Shown here piece after piece: positions 46,641 through 57,268 of a DNA stretch of 64,000 nt. The stretch is from Nanobdellota archaeon (GTDB lineage: Archaea; Nanobdellota; Nanobdellia; Parvarchaeales; Parvarchaeaceae): positions 993 to 64,992 of the forward strand of contig JAKAAW010000002.1 of the NCBI GenBank assembly GCA_021802105.1. Direction: 5' to 3'. The stretch's first letter is position 1. The number at the start of each line of letters is the position of its first letter. A program made the translations under genes and the position numbers. Under the pieces are notes generated by a model. It was not told the DNA's origin, ran no database searches, and worked only from the letters and a program-made list of their open reading frames with translations.

Positions 46641-49376
46641 ATGGTCGATTACGATTTCAAGAAAATAGAAGAAAAATGGCAGGAAGAATGGCGCAAAGAG
46701 AGGCTCTTTGAACCTGAGGTAGACACAGCACAGAAAAAGATATTCATCTCTGTCCCGATACCTTATCCCAGCGGCCAGCTTCATCTGGGGCATATGTACA
46801 CATGGGGAAGAGCGGACGTTTACGCCAGGTTTATGAGGATGAGGGGCTACAATGTGCTGTTTCCACAGGCTTTCCACTTCACGGGTGGGCCTATAATGGG
46901 GCTGCGTGACCTAGTAAAAAGAGGGGACCAGAAGACGTTGGACAGACTCAGAGCCCAAGGGGTCTCGGAAGAGGATATAAAGAAGTTCGGGGAGGATGCG
47001 AAGTACATATGTCAATATTTCTCAAAAAAGGCCATGGACGATCTTACTTCGGCAGGCATGTCGATAGACTGGAGAAGAAGGTTCTTTACTACACAGCTTA
47101 ATCCTTATTACTCAAAATTCATAGAATGGCAGTTCAGAAAACTGAAAGATTTGGGTGTAGTGTACAAAGGAACCCATCCTGTAGTATGGTGCCCCAACGA
47201 GAAAACGCCCATAGGGGACCATGATAGATCTGAAGGTGAGGGAGAATCTCCTGTAAGGTACACAATAATAAAGTTCACAATCGGAAACGTGATTCTTCCT
47301 GCTGCCACTCTTAGACCAGAAACGGTTTACGGCGCCACAAACCTATGGATAAACCTAAAAGGAGAGTACCTAAAACTCGATGTAAACGGAGAAGAATGGA
47401 TAGTCGTAAAATCGGCAAAAGAAAAGCTAGAGAGCCAGCTAAAGAACGTGAAAGACCTCGGTTACTTCGACGTAAGCGAGATACTCAACAAAACAGTTAG
47501 AAATCCCGTAACAAACGAGGAGATTCCTGTGTTTTCTGCTGATTTCGTTGACATGAAGATGGGAACAGGGGTAGTTATGAGCGTACCAATGCATGCACCG
47601 TTTGATCTCGATGCGCTTGACAGATTGGTGCAGGAAAATCTTTCGTCAATAAAGCCTATACGAGTTGTGAACGTAGCTGGCGAGGACAACTTGGTCGAAG
47701 CATCAATAAAGAAATTTGGAAAAACGAAAGAGGGGCTGGAGAAAGCCACAAGATTCGTCTATAAAGAGGAGTTAAACAAGGGCGTGATGGCCGAAAACTG
47801 CGGAGATATAAGCGGTCTGCGGGTCGCTGAAGGCAGGGAAAAAATAGAGGGCGTCCTAAAAGAAATCAACGCCAACGACAGCATATACGAGATAACCGGC
47901 AGGGTAGTTTGCAGGTGCGGTTATGAGGGGATAGTGAAGGTGGTGGAGAATCAGTGGTTCCTAAAATATTCTGATCTCTCTTGGAAGGAACTCGGGCGAA
48001 AGATGATAGAACGAATGAACATTTACCCTGAGGAACTCAAGACACAGTTCCTAGCCGTTATAGACTGGCTGGATGACAAGGCTGCGACAAGGAATGGGGG
48101 GCTTGGCACTCCACTGCCGTGGGATGAAAGTCAGGTGGTAGAGCCCCTTAGCGACTCCACTATATATATGGCATATTACACCATAGCTCACCTGATAGAG
48201 AATATCCCTATAAAGGATATAAATGACCAGCTGTTTGAACACGTTTTCTTCGGCAAGGAGACAAATGACAGGAAACACGAGAAGATTATAAAGAGGATGA
48301 GAAATGAATTCGAGTACTGGTATCCTCTTGATATGAGAATAACAGCAAAGGAGCACATAACGAACCACCTACCTTTCTTTATAATGAACCACGCAATTCT
48401 ATTCCCCGAGAGCAAGTGGCCAAGAGCCATAGCGGTTAACGGCTGGCTCACGATAAACATGGAAAAACTATCTAAATCTAAGCATGCCGCCCTCACGATA
48501 GAGAAGCACGTCAGGGAATATGGGGCTGATAGGTTGAGACTTGTAGTCGGAGCGGGAGAAAAGATAGACGATGCGAACTGGAGCACAGACAATATAAATG
48601 GACTGGATCAGAGAATAGGATTCCTCATGCAGACTGCTGAGATGTTAGGCACGTTCGGCGACGAGATAAAGATGATTGATGAATACCTAAAATCGGCTCT
48701 GAACAATATAATTCAAAAGACTACGGAGAACTATGAGTCTCTCAATCTTAGGACTGGACTATTCTACGCCCTGTACGAATCTATAACATCTATAAAATTA
48801 TATCTGGATCTTGGAGGTAGGAATAAGGAAAATGTCCGCTGGGCCATTGAAACCGTAACTAAGCTAATTCATCCTGCCTTTCCGTACATTACTGAGGAGA
48901 TATACAGCAGACTCGGCCACAAGGGTCTGATAGAAAAAGAGGACTGGCCCGCTGTTGATAAAGAGGCTGTGAGTGAAGCCGTCGAATCCGAGATAGCCAT
49001 CTTAGAAAAAACAACAGGAGACATTAGAAAGATAATAGCAATGCTAAGAAAGAAAGGAAACAAGCCAAAAGAGATAATACTCACGATTGCTGATAAGAAC
49101 GCTTTTGAAGTATACAACAAGATAGCGGACATAGCTGCTGAAATAAAAGATCCTAATAAGATAAGAGAAAGACTTGGCATAAAAGGGGCGCTAGTCGAAA
49201 GCCTTACAAGCAAAGTGAACAGGTTACCTAACAGAACCCTTTATGCAGAAGAAGAATACAGAGTATTTTCAGAATCCAAAGAATGGTTGGAAAAAACGTT
49301 CGGATGTAAGGTCGAGATAAAGAAAGGAGGAGACGATAAAGCCACACCCGGAAAACCCGCGATAAAGATAATCTAA
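46641..49376 (+). CDS. leuS: Leucyl-tRNA synthetase (archaeal type)
   Basis: PYPSG.LHLGH, ATLRPET, GTGVVMSVP.HAP.D editing motif, KLSKS. Confidence 0.95.
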   Translation: MVDYDFKKIEEKWQEEWRKERLFEPEVDTAQKKIFISVPIPYPSGQLHLGHMYTWGRADVYARFMRMRGYNVLFPQAFHFTGGPIMGLRDLVKRGDQKTLDRLRAQGVSEEDIKKFGEDAKYICQYFSKKAMDDLTSAGMSIDWRRRFFTTQLNPYYSKFIEWQFRKLKDLGVVYKGTHPVVWCPNEKTPIGDHDRSEGEGESPVRYTIIKFTIGNVILPAATLRPETVYGATNLWINLKGEYLKLDVNGEEWIVVKSAKEKLESQLKNVKDLGYFDVSEILNKTVRNPVTNEEIPVFSADFVDMKMGTGVVMSVPMHAPFDLDALDRLVQENLSSIKPIRVVNVAGEDNLVEASIKKFGKTKEGLEKATRFVYKEELNKGVMAENCGDISGLRVAEGREKIEGVLKEINANDSIYEITGRVVCRCGYEGIVKVVENQWFLKYSDLSWKELGRKMIERMNIYPEELKTQFLAVIDWLDDKAATRNGGLGTPLPWDESQVVEPLSDSTIYMAYYTIAHLIENIPIKDINDQLFEHVFFGKETNDRKHEKIIKRMRNEFEYWYPLDMRITAKEHITNHLPFFIMNHAILFPESKWPRAIAVNGWLTINMEKLSKSKHAALTIEKHVREYGADRLRLVVGAGEKIDDANWSTDNINGLDQRIGFLMQTAEMLGTFGDEIKMIDEYLKSALNNIIQKTTENYESLNLRTGLFYALYESITSIKLYLDLGGRNKENVRWAIETVTKLIHPAFPYITEEIYSRLGHKGLIEKEDWPAVDKEAVSEAVESEIAILEKTTGDIRKIIAMLRKKGNKPKEIILTIADKNAFEVYNKIADIAAEIKDPNKIRERLGIKGALVESLTSKVNRLPNRTLYAEEEYRVFSESKEWLEKTFGCKVEIKKGGDDKATPGKPAIKII

Positions 49377-49481
49377 AAGGAACAACGAAAATCTTTGCGG
49401 CAAATCACTTGCTATTGTGTTTTTGATGGCGAATTAATGTCAATGGCGTTCGCTTTCAAGTTATGCCATTCCTTGGATACA

Positions 49482-50342
49482 TCAATTGAACTCCTTATGT
49501 TCGAACAGTATCAGGCCGGTGACAAGCGACACTATAAAATACCCTATCATTATTATCAGCCCTTCCGGTACGGTAGCGTTATATGAGGTTACAGTTATAC
49601 TCTGACCATGTGGCAGAGGAGCCGCTGTCGTCTGAGTTGATGGAGGATATGGGTTCATAAGAACATTGTTTATTATCTGCGCACCATAAGTGACGATAAA
49701 CCACGGCTCGTAGTGTGCCAGATTCGCCACAAGGCTCTGCATAAGCGAAAAAACAAACAGCATCAGTATTATCGTAACTACTATAGCGGTTGAGTTTGTC
49801 TTGAATATAGAGCTGAAAAAGAATGTCATGCCAATTGCAGTGGCGAGGTAAAGAACTGAGAAGCTAAGAGACTCCCAGAAAAGGTTGGTGACACCACCAA
49901 AATAGTATAAGCCGTTGCCTATAGTCATTGCCGTGAATACTAGAAGCATTATCAGAGCCCCACAGAAAGCTGCCAGAAATTTTCCAAGATATATGCTAGA
50001 GCGTCTTATAGGATTTCCTACTAAAAAATATCCTGTTTTGTTTTGAAATTCGCCAGATATTGCGTCACCGCCGAAAAAAACTGCGGAAAGTATTATTATG
50101 AACGTCACCGTCTCTCCCCACCAGTTTGCATAGAATGACTGTTCGCTGACGAGGAAGCTTTGTGGCCGGTAGTACGCCACTACACCCGTCAGCAGCATGC
50201 CAATCGCTATTGTTATAAGGAGCAGTATGAAAAATCTTCTTGATCTGACGTATTCCAAGAAAGAATACAACATCATAATAGTTATATGATAAAAGCTATT
50301 TGGCACGATAGTTTTCTCCTCAAATTTCAATTTTTGTGCCAT
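49482..50342 (-). CDS. ABC-2 type exporter permease
   Basis: GDAISGEF...T, PI.R..I..GK, 6 TM helices. Confidence 0.85.
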   Translation of the reverse strand: MAQKLKFEEKTIVPNSFYHITIMMLYSFLEYVRSRRFFILLLITIAIGMLLTGVVAYYRPQSFLVSEQSFYANWWGETVTFIIILSAVFFGGDAISGEFQNKTGYFLVGNPIRRSSIYLGKFLAAFCGALIMLLVFTAMTIGNGLYYFGGVTNLFWESLSFSVLYLATAIGMTFFFSSIFKTNSTAIVVTIILMLFVFSLMQSLVANLAHYEPWFIVTYGAQIINNVLMNPYPPSTQTTAAPLPHGQSITVTSYNATVPEGLIIMIGYFIVSLVTGLILFEHKEFN

Positions 50343-50343
50343 A

Positions 50344-51291
50344 TTAAACTGTCTCCTTAAACATACTAAGATAAGTCTCCTCGAGAGCTGACGAGGACTG
50401 CTTGAACCCTACAATACCAAGCTTTATTCTCACAAGCCTAGACAGTACTTCTTCCTGGCCCTTCAAACCACCTATTACCTGTAATAGAACCGTCTTAGAA
50501 TCAACCTTCTTCACGCTTCTCACGCCTTTTATATTACGCAGCCTGTCTATGGTATCTCCCGTTACAGGGCGGAACAGGTTTACTTCCACCTCGACTGCGC
50601 CGACTTTCGAGAATTTCTCAACTATCTTCTCTATAGGACCGTAAGCTAGCAACTTCCCATGGTTTATCATTGCGACATCATCGCATATTTCTGACACCTC
50701 ACTCAAGAGGTGCGAACTCATGAATATCAGTCTGTTCTCCTTTTTTAGGTCTTTTATGATATCCCTGACCTCGCTCATGCCCCTTGGGTCCAAACCAGAG
50801 GTAGGCTCATCTAGGATAACTATTTCTGGGTTTCCGAGTATGGCCGCAGCTATGTTTATTCTCTGCTTCATACCTTTTGACATTTTCTTTATTTTCTGGT
50901 TAAGTAGCCCTTTCATTTTGACTAGCTCGCTGACATCTTCTACGCTCTTCCTGACCGAAGCTCTGGATATACCTTTTATTTCAGCTATCATAGACAGTGC
51001 CTCTCTTGCACTAAGCGAACCATATATTTCTGGAGTTTCTATGAGAACTCCAACCGATTTCAGCGCCTTCTTTTTTTCTTTATTAACGTCTATTCCGTTT
51101 ATCAGCGCCATGCCTCCAGTCGGTCTGATCATGTCTGTGAATATTTTTAGGGTCGTCGTCTTACCGGCACCGTTAGGGCCTAGAAAACCAACACATTTTG
51201 AACCCTCTAATTTCAGATTCAGTTTTGACAATGCTGTGAACGAACCGTACTTTTTCGTCAAGTTTATAGCTTCAAGAGAAGGTAAGGTCAT
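50344..51291 (-). CDS. ABC exporter ATP-binding protein
   Basis: GPNGAGKTT, SKGMKQR, LDEPTSGLDP, SSH. Confidence 0.92.
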   Translation of the reverse strand: MTLPSLEAINLTKKYGSFTALSKLNLKLEGSKCVGFLGPNGAGKTTTLKIFTDMIRPTGGMALINGIDVNKEKKKALKSVGVLIETPEIYGSLSAREALSMIAEIKGISRASVRKSVEDVSELVKMKGLLNQKIKKMSKGMKQRINIAAAILGNPEIVILDEPTSGLDPRGMSEVRDIIKDLKKENRLIFMSSHLLSEVSEICDDVAMINHGKLLAYGPIEKIVEKFSKVGAVEVEVNLFRPVTGDTIDRLRNIKGVRSVKKVDSKTVLLQVIGGLKGQEEVLSRLVRIKLGIVGFKQSSSALEETYLSMFKETV

Positions 51292-51324
51292 ATTATGACT
51301 TGTCTCTCTTTGTATAAAAATGCC

Positions 51325-52746
51325 CTATCTGACTGCAGCGCGTCGCTTCTCTTTCCCTTTTAGGAAGGAAAACATCCCTGCCACGAATAGGACGAAAAGA
51401 GAGGCTAGAAGTGCAGCATGTAGGCCTACTACAAATTCACTCGATATATTTCCTATTACGTGTGATGTTCCGATGAAGATGCTGAATGCCACGCTCCTTG
51501 GTATTGCGAAAGCAGCTATTGAAATCGTCAGAACAAAACTCATGAGAGCACCTATGCTGCCCATCGTCCTCAAGAGCCCAGAAGTAGCACCATATGCCGT
51601 TTTCTCCGCGTTCGCCATGACCGCGCTGTTGTTAGCAGGATAGAACATCGCAGCGCCTATACCTGACATTATCGATGCGCCTATTATCAGGAACACATAG
51701 TCGGGAGTTAATGCGCTCAGTGACAGATAGACCATCACAGCAGCTACCATCAGCGCCACGCCTATAGTCGTAAGCGCCCTCGATCCAAATCTGTCTGAAA
51801 ATTTTCCCATTATTGGCGCGAGAAAACTGCTGAGTATATAGCCAGGGATGAGTATTACTGACGCATAGAGAGGGGTCAACCCTCTGACGCCCTGCAGGTA
51901 CATTATTATCATGAAAAGGACGGATAAGTAACCAAGACTCTGGAAGAAGGAGGCCGTTATCGAAAAGCGTAACACCCTATTCTTGAAAGCGTCAAAATCA
52001 AGCATAGGGGCGTCTGTGTGTTTTTCCCATGCTACAAAGAACGGGATTAGGATAAGACCTGCTGCTATCAGGCCGGCGTTAAAAAGAGTTAAAGATTCGG
52101 ATACAAAATCTATCGCACCATACACCACAAACATCAGCAGGGTGGTAAGAAGTGCCATACCTGCATAATCTAGCCTTCTTTTCTGCCCGGCGTTGTTAGT
52201 TATATACTTAAGACCAAATGCAAACGCCACTATCCCTATAGGCACGTTTATGAAGAATATATACCTCCATCCGAGAAAGGTCGTTATCAGTCCGCCTAGT
52301 ACTATCCCCAACGTAGCTCCCATATTCCAGCCAAGTGCAAGGAAACCATATGCCCTTCCTCTTTTGTTAGGTTCAAAAGTGTCCGCTATTATAGCCCCGC
52401 TGTTGGCCGTTATCATTGCGCCTCCCACGGCCTGAATGGCCCTGAAGGCGATGAGTGAGACGTCAGAAAAAGCGAAACCACACAGTGCGGATCCAATGGT
52501 GAACGTGAGGAAACCCAGATTGAATATTCTGCTCCTCCCATATATATCCCCTATTTTACCCAGCTGCGTCATAAAGACGGCGGTTATAAAAAGATATATC
52601 AGTATAACCCACAGGATGTTTACCAGGTTGGAGTGCAGACCTGATACTATGTCTGAAAAAGCAAGAAGTACTATGGTGCTGTCGACAGCGGCCATAAGAG
52701 TACCGACCATTAATATAGCGACTATAATATTCTGTTTATTCGCCAT
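51325..52746 (-). CDS. MFS drug:H+ antiporter (DHA2/EmrB-like, 14 TM)
   Basis: DSTIV..A, G..GD..GR, R..Q..GGA, WR.IF.INVP.G. Confidence 0.9.
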   Translation of the reverse strand: MANKQNIIVAILMVGTLMAAVDSTIVLLAFSDIVSGLHSNLVNILWVILIYLFITAVFMTQLGKIGDIYGRSRIFNLGFLTFTIGSALCGFAFSDVSLIAFRAIQAVGGAMITANSGAIIADTFEPNKRGRAYGFLALGWNMGATLGIVLGGLITTFLGWRYIFFINVPIGIVAFAFGLKYITNNAGQKRRLDYAGMALLTTLLMFVVYGAIDFVSESLTLFNAGLIAAGLILIPFFVAWEKHTDAPMLDFDAFKNRVLRFSITASFFQSLGYLSVLFMIIMYLQGVRGLTPLYASVILIPGYILSSFLAPIMGKFSDRFGSRALTTIGVALMVAAVMVYLSLSALTPDYVFLIIGASIMSGIGAAMFYPANNSAVMANAEKTAYGATSGLLRTMGSIGALMSFVLTISIAAFAIPRSVAFSIFIGTSHVIGNISSEFVVGLHAALLASLFVLFVAGMFSFLKGKEKRRAAVR

Positions 52747-52792
52747 TTCTATTACCTAACCAAAGTTCTTATGTCTCTGAAGCATGCTACCC

Positions 52793-53092
52793 TTACAAGA
52801 ATTTTTTCTTTAGAATCTCCATGGCCTCTTTCTCGTCCTTGGCTTCCCCTTTTCTTATCATTTCTAGTATTAAGTAGTTCACTTTTTTCTCAAAATCACC
52901 ATGTCCTTCCGGCTTTCTTTCAACGCTTTTTATTTCAGAAAGAGGCATTTCTCTATGTTCTCCCTTGGTTGTGTCAAGGTATGCCCTACCTCCTTCCACT
53001 TTTTCAAGTTTTCCCGCAGTGCGTTTTTTCCCGTGAAGAAATAGAGTGATTTCAGAGCCGACATATGAAGACAAGATATCCTCAGAGACCAT
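52793..53092 (-). CDS. Small protein with possible Sm/Lsm-like fold
   Basis: L..YVG..I.L.L.G.....GKL..V pattern, I..V strand, then helical tail. Confidence 0.4.
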   Translation of the reverse strand: MVSEDILSSYVGSEITLFLHGKKRTAGKLEKVEGGRAYLDTTKGEHREMPLSEIKSVERKPEGHGDFEKKVNYLILEMIRKGEAKDEKEAMEILKKKFL

Positions 53093-53116
53093 ATAGTATA
53101 AGCGCCAGCGTGCTAT

Positions 53117-54958
53117 TTAACCATTTTTCTTTACTTCATTATTGTTTGAATTTGTTTTGCGCACACTACTAGACACATTAAAACTTCCACTCGATATCCT
53201 CAGTATTGCTGCCATCAATCCGACGTGAGAAAGGCCCAGCGGATAGTTTCCTAGATACTTTTTTTCGTTCAGGCTGATCTCTTCTGGAAGAAGGTGAAGA
53301 CCGTTGAAGAATGTTAACAGTTTGTTTAAGCCATCCTTTGCCTTTTTTATATCTCCCATAAGGAAAAGGTCCTCTATATACCAGAAGGAAACTAGAAGGA
53401 ATCCATTGTCTGATAAGTCTAAACCCCTATCAGTCTCGTATCTCCTGAAAAGGAAATCAGTTACTAGAAGTCGCTCCTCTATTCTCTTTATAGTGTTCAT
53501 AAAGATAGGGTCCTTAATATCACAGAATCCTATCATTGGGAGCCTGAGCAGCGCGGTGTCTACCCTGTCGCTTCCAAAATACTGTACATAGAATTTTCCA
53601 GTGCTGTCAACACCCCTCCGATTTATAGTTTCCTTTATCTTTCCAGCCGTCCGTATTATTTCCTCAAGTTCTTCCTTAGTAGATGCGTCAGCCAGAAGTA
53701 CAGCCGCGTTGTTTAATGCTTCCCACGCTATCACCTTGGAGTAAACATAGTGCCTGTCTTCTTCTCTTATCTCCCATATGGATCTATCCGGCTCATCCCA
53801 CTTCTCGATTAGTTTTTTCGCAGTTGTCTTTACAAGATCAAGTATCTCAGAGGTCAATACCGCTCCGTAATTGTGCGCAACACTCACAGCATTTATTAGA
53901 GAACCATACTGGTCCAGTTGGAACTGATCAGATGCGGCGTTTCCAAACCTAACCGGCTTTGACCCATTGTATCCGTTCAGATCAGTCTCTCTTTCGACTA
54001 TAGCCTCTGGATTAGATATAGGGTATACGGATTTTATGTCGCCGTTATCCCTCTGTATCTGGCTTATCAGACTATAAAAGAACCTAAGCGCCTCATCGGT
54101 GTATCCAAAAGATGAAAGAATGTCTATGACGTAGGATGTGTCCCTAACCCACATAAACCTATAATCCCAGTTGCTTTCTCCACCCGTCACTTCCGGCAGC
54201 GATGCGGTTGGGGAGGCTGCCATAAAATAAGTAGGCTCAAAAAAGAGCCCTTTCAAAACCAGAAGGGAGCGATCCACAATTTCCTCAAAAGGACCGGAGT
54301 ATTTTCCTTTATACAGCCATTCTTTCCAGAACGAGATTGTCTCCGAGAGCCTATTCTCGCTGTCGAAGCTCTTTAAATCGTGGCTTTCATTAACGCTATT
54401 AGAGCTTACAAACCACTTCACTTCACTCTTAGCCATGCGGAACGTACCGGAGACTCCTTTATTGTCCTTCTCTAATTTTAGATTGGTTGAAAGAGTCTGC
54501 GTCATGTCATGCGATCTAATCAGATAACCTCTATCTGGAAATTCTTGTATTTCTCTGTCTTGACTAAGGTTAAAAGGATTAAATGTTATTTTCACGAGCA
54601 GGTCGTTCTGGAATGACTCTATGCGCCTATGGATATCTGATGCAGTTGCCCCTGGCTGGCCTAACATCGGAAGAAAATCAACCAGGTTCATGGCAAGTTC
54701 TCCATTGTAGAAGAAGCTAGTGACCAAAACGTTTGTCTTATCTTCATACGCCTGAGACGAAGTATAACCTTCAACCGCCGGTTCTATTGTGAATTTCCCG
54801 CCTATATCCCTGTCCAAAATGGAAAAGAACACCGGGTCAGAATCGAAATTGGGGAAGCAGCCCCAGTCTATTTCACCGAATTTGGAAACTAGAGAAGCGG
54901 TTCTGTTATTAAACAACACACCATGATCTTCTATCTTTGGAAAATCCGATACTACCAT
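53117..54958 (-). CDS. GH15 glucoamylase/trehalase-family glycosidase
   Basis: ASPT.SLPE..GG..NWDYR..W.RD, QLD.YG, IWE.R, L.EE...GNYP..LSH. Confidence 0.9.
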   Translation of the reverse strand: MVVSDFPKIEDHGVLFNNRTASLVSKFGEIDWGCFPNFDSDPVFFSILDRDIGGKFTIEPAVEGYTSSQAYEDKTNVLVTSFFYNGELAMNLVDFLPMLGQPGATASDIHRRIESFQNDLLVKITFNPFNLSQDREIQEFPDRGYLIRSHDMTQTLSTNLKLEKDNKGVSGTFRMAKSEVKWFVSSNSVNESHDLKSFDSENRLSETISFWKEWLYKGKYSGPFEEIVDRSLLVLKGLFFEPTYFMAASPTASLPEVTGGESNWDYRFMWVRDTSYVIDILSSFGYTDEALRFFYSLISQIQRDNGDIKSVYPISNPEAIVERETDLNGYNGSKPVRFGNAASDQFQLDQYGSLINAVSVAHNYGAVLTSEILDLVKTTAKKLIEKWDEPDRSIWEIREEDRHYVYSKVIAWEALNNAAVLLADASTKEELEEIIRTAGKIKETINRRGVDSTGKFYVQYFGSDRVDTALLRLPMIGFCDIKDPIFMNTIKRIEERLLVTDFLFRRYETDRGLDLSDNGFLLVSFWYIEDLFLMGDIKKAKDGLNKLLTFFNGLHLLPEEISLNEKKYLGNYPLGLSHVGLMAAILRISSGSFNVSSSVRKTNSNNNEVKKNG

Positions 54959-55076
54959 AACAAATATAGAGCGTAAAAGTTAAAAAACGTATCTACAAAC
55001 GAACAGTTTGTATCCTAACTGACAAGTTTTTGTCTGCGCCGATGATTTTTATATAATGCTTGATTATTGTTATCAT

Positions 55077-55217
55077 ATGGAAAAAGATATAGTCTGTGGA
55101 ATGGAAGTTGATGAAGGTTCGGATTGCAATAGTCTAGTTAATGGAAGGATATTCTATTTCTGCTCAGAAGAATGCAAGAATAAATTCGACAAAAATCCAA
55201 TAAAATACATTAGATAA
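55077..55217 (+). CDS. YHS/TRASH metal chaperone (46 aa, absent from the ORF track)
   Basis: MEKDIVCGMEVDEGSDCNSLVNGRIFYFCSEECKNKFDKNPIKYIR; TAATG overlap with copA. Confidence 0.88.
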   Translation: MEKDIVCGMEVDEGSDCNSLVNGRIFYFCSEECKNKFDKNPIKYIR

Positions 55218-57262
55218 TGCCAACAGATCCTGTATGCGGAATGTACGTTCCGCAGAGTTCGAAGATAACAACTGAACAGGGTGGACAGAGGTATTATTTC
55301 TGCTCTACGACCTGCAGTGTAAAATTCCAAAAACCAGAACAAGAGAGCAGGCGCGAGAAGAAAGCCCTGGCAATTGCGTGGGTATTTTCTATACCCCTTA
55401 TCGTGATAAACTACAGTTTCTTTTTCGCATACAGGAATTATGCGATGCTCGCTCTCGCGCTGCCAGTGCAATTCTATTCTGGGTTACTTTTCTACAAAGG
55501 CGCTTACCAGTCGCTAAAGATGAGATCCGGTAATATGGATCTCCTAATAAGCGTAGGGACACTGACCGCTTTCTTTTTCTCACTATTTATAACCCTGTAC
55601 CCTTCTGTTATGCAAGGGTCACCGGTGTATTTCGATGCGTCAGTGTCTATAATATCACTTATACTGACTGGGAATTACATTCAGAGCGTTACAGAGATTA
55701 GGGCCAACGACGCGGCAAACAAACTATTGAATAGGATTCCTTCGAGAGCCCATCTTATAATCGGCGGAAAAGTCAGGGACGTAGAAACGTCAACTTTGAA
55801 GAAAGGAGATATAATAATGATAAAACCGGGTGAAAATATACCAGTCGATGGTACTGTCATCAGTGGAAAAACGGAAATCGATGAGTCTATGCTTACAGGA
55901 GAAGCTGAACCAGTGGTAAAGATAAATGGGGCACTCGTGACTTCAGGGACATTAAACATAAACGGCGCGATAAATGTCAGAGTAGTAAACACCGGTAGGG
56001 ACACTATTGTAAACAAGATGTACTCTCTTATAAAGAGTGCCGCTGCGGGAAAGCTAAGAGTACAGAGACTCGCAGATTTGTTCGCGTCATACTTCGTTCC
56101 GATAGTTATAATAGCTGCTGTTGCTTCTGCCCTTATATGGTACACTCTGCTGAGTTCGACCGGCAACGCACTCGTGTACGATGTGACCGTGCTTGCGTTC
56201 GTTTCTGTCATAGTGATAGCGTGTCCGTGTGCGATAGGGCTTGCCACGCCGATAACGTTGCTGATTGCGTCTAATGTATCTTCTGAACGATCCATACTTA
56301 TGAAAAACGTTAGCGGTCTCGACAGACTGTCTAAGATAGACATTGTTGTGTTTGATAAGACAGGTACTCTTACCGAATTAGTACCAAATGTCATAGAAAT
56401 AGTCCCTATAAACAGGTCTTATAATAACAAATTTGTCCTGAGCTATGCCTCTTCGCTGGAACAGTACTCAAATCACCCTATCGCCAAAGCTATTATGGAG
56501 TATGCAAAGACTGGAAAGATAAATCTACTGGACGTGGTAGATGCAAAAGAAAAACCCGGCATAGGCGTGTCCGGAATGATAAACGGAGAGCTCGTTGAGA
56601 TAAGCAGGGGTTCCGACAAAAACACGGTAAACTTATACATCAACAGGGCACTTTTCGGTGTGATAACGCTGTCATATGGAATAAAGAGGAATGCAGCAGA
56701 GGTAGTAAGGAGATTTAAATCCGCAGGAATAAAAACTGCCATAATAACAGGAGATAAGTATGAGGAGGCAAAGCGTATAGGTGACGCAATAGGCGTAACT
56801 GATATACATGCAGAAGTCACTCCAGAAAAGAAGGCAGATATAATAAAAGACTACCAGAAGAAGGGGAGATATGTAATGTACGTCGGAGACGGCATCAATG
56901 ATGCGATAGCGATAGAGACCGCCGATTTCGGCGTTGCTATGGGAAGTGGGAGTGATATAGCAAAAGAGAGCGGTGACGCAGTGCTTCTTAAAAATGATCT
57001 TATGCTGCTCTATGATCTTTATATCATAGGAAAATCAGCAATATCTAAGGTTAAGCAGAATATAGGCTGGGCTGTCGGCTATAACATTGTCCTTATACCC
57101 GTAGCAGGAGGAGCGCTTGTACCTGTTTTTGGCCTTGGGATATACTCATTTCTTCCTATACTCGCAGCGGCAGCAATGGGCATGAGTTCGGTCAGTGTGG
57201 TGGCGAATTCTCTGCTCTTGAAAAGCAAAGTAAGCAAAAATTTGTCAAGATTTAACAGCTAA
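55217..57262 (+). CDS. copA: Cu(I)-translocating P1B-type ATPase with N-terminal TRASH domain
   Basis: DPVCGM...FCS..C, TGE, CPC, DKTGT, HP, GDGINDA, YN...P, M..SS. Confidence 0.93.
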   Translation: MPTDPVCGMYVPQSSKITTEQGGQRYYFCSTTCSVKFQKPEQESRREKKALAIAWVFSIPLIVINYSFFFAYRNYAMLALALPVQFYSGLLFYKGAYQSLKMRSGNMDLLISVGTLTAFFFSLFITLYPSVMQGSPVYFDASVSIISLILTGNYIQSVTEIRANDAANKLLNRIPSRAHLIIGGKVRDVETSTLKKGDIIMIKPGENIPVDGTVISGKTEIDESMLTGEAEPVVKINGALVTSGTLNINGAINVRVVNTGRDTIVNKMYSLIKSAAAGKLRVQRLADLFASYFVPIVIIAAVASALIWYTLLSSTGNALVYDVTVLAFVSVIVIACPCAIGLATPITLLIASNVSSERSILMKNVSGLDRLSKIDIVVFDKTGTLTELVPNVIEIVPINRSYNNKFVLSYASSLEQYSNHPIAKAIMEYAKTGKINLLDVVDAKEKPGIGVSGMINGELVEISRGSDKNTVNLYINRALFGVITLSYGIKRNAAEVVRRFKSAGIKTAIITGDKYEEAKRIGDAIGVTDIHAEVTPEKKADIIKDYQKKGRYVMYVGDGINDAIAIETADFGVAMGSGSDIAKESGDAVLLKNDLMLLYDLYIIGKSAISKVKQNIGWAVGYNIVLIPVAGGALVPVFGLGIYSFLPILAAAAMGMSSVSVVANSLLLKSKVSKNLSRFNS

Positions 57263-57268
57263 TTGGAT

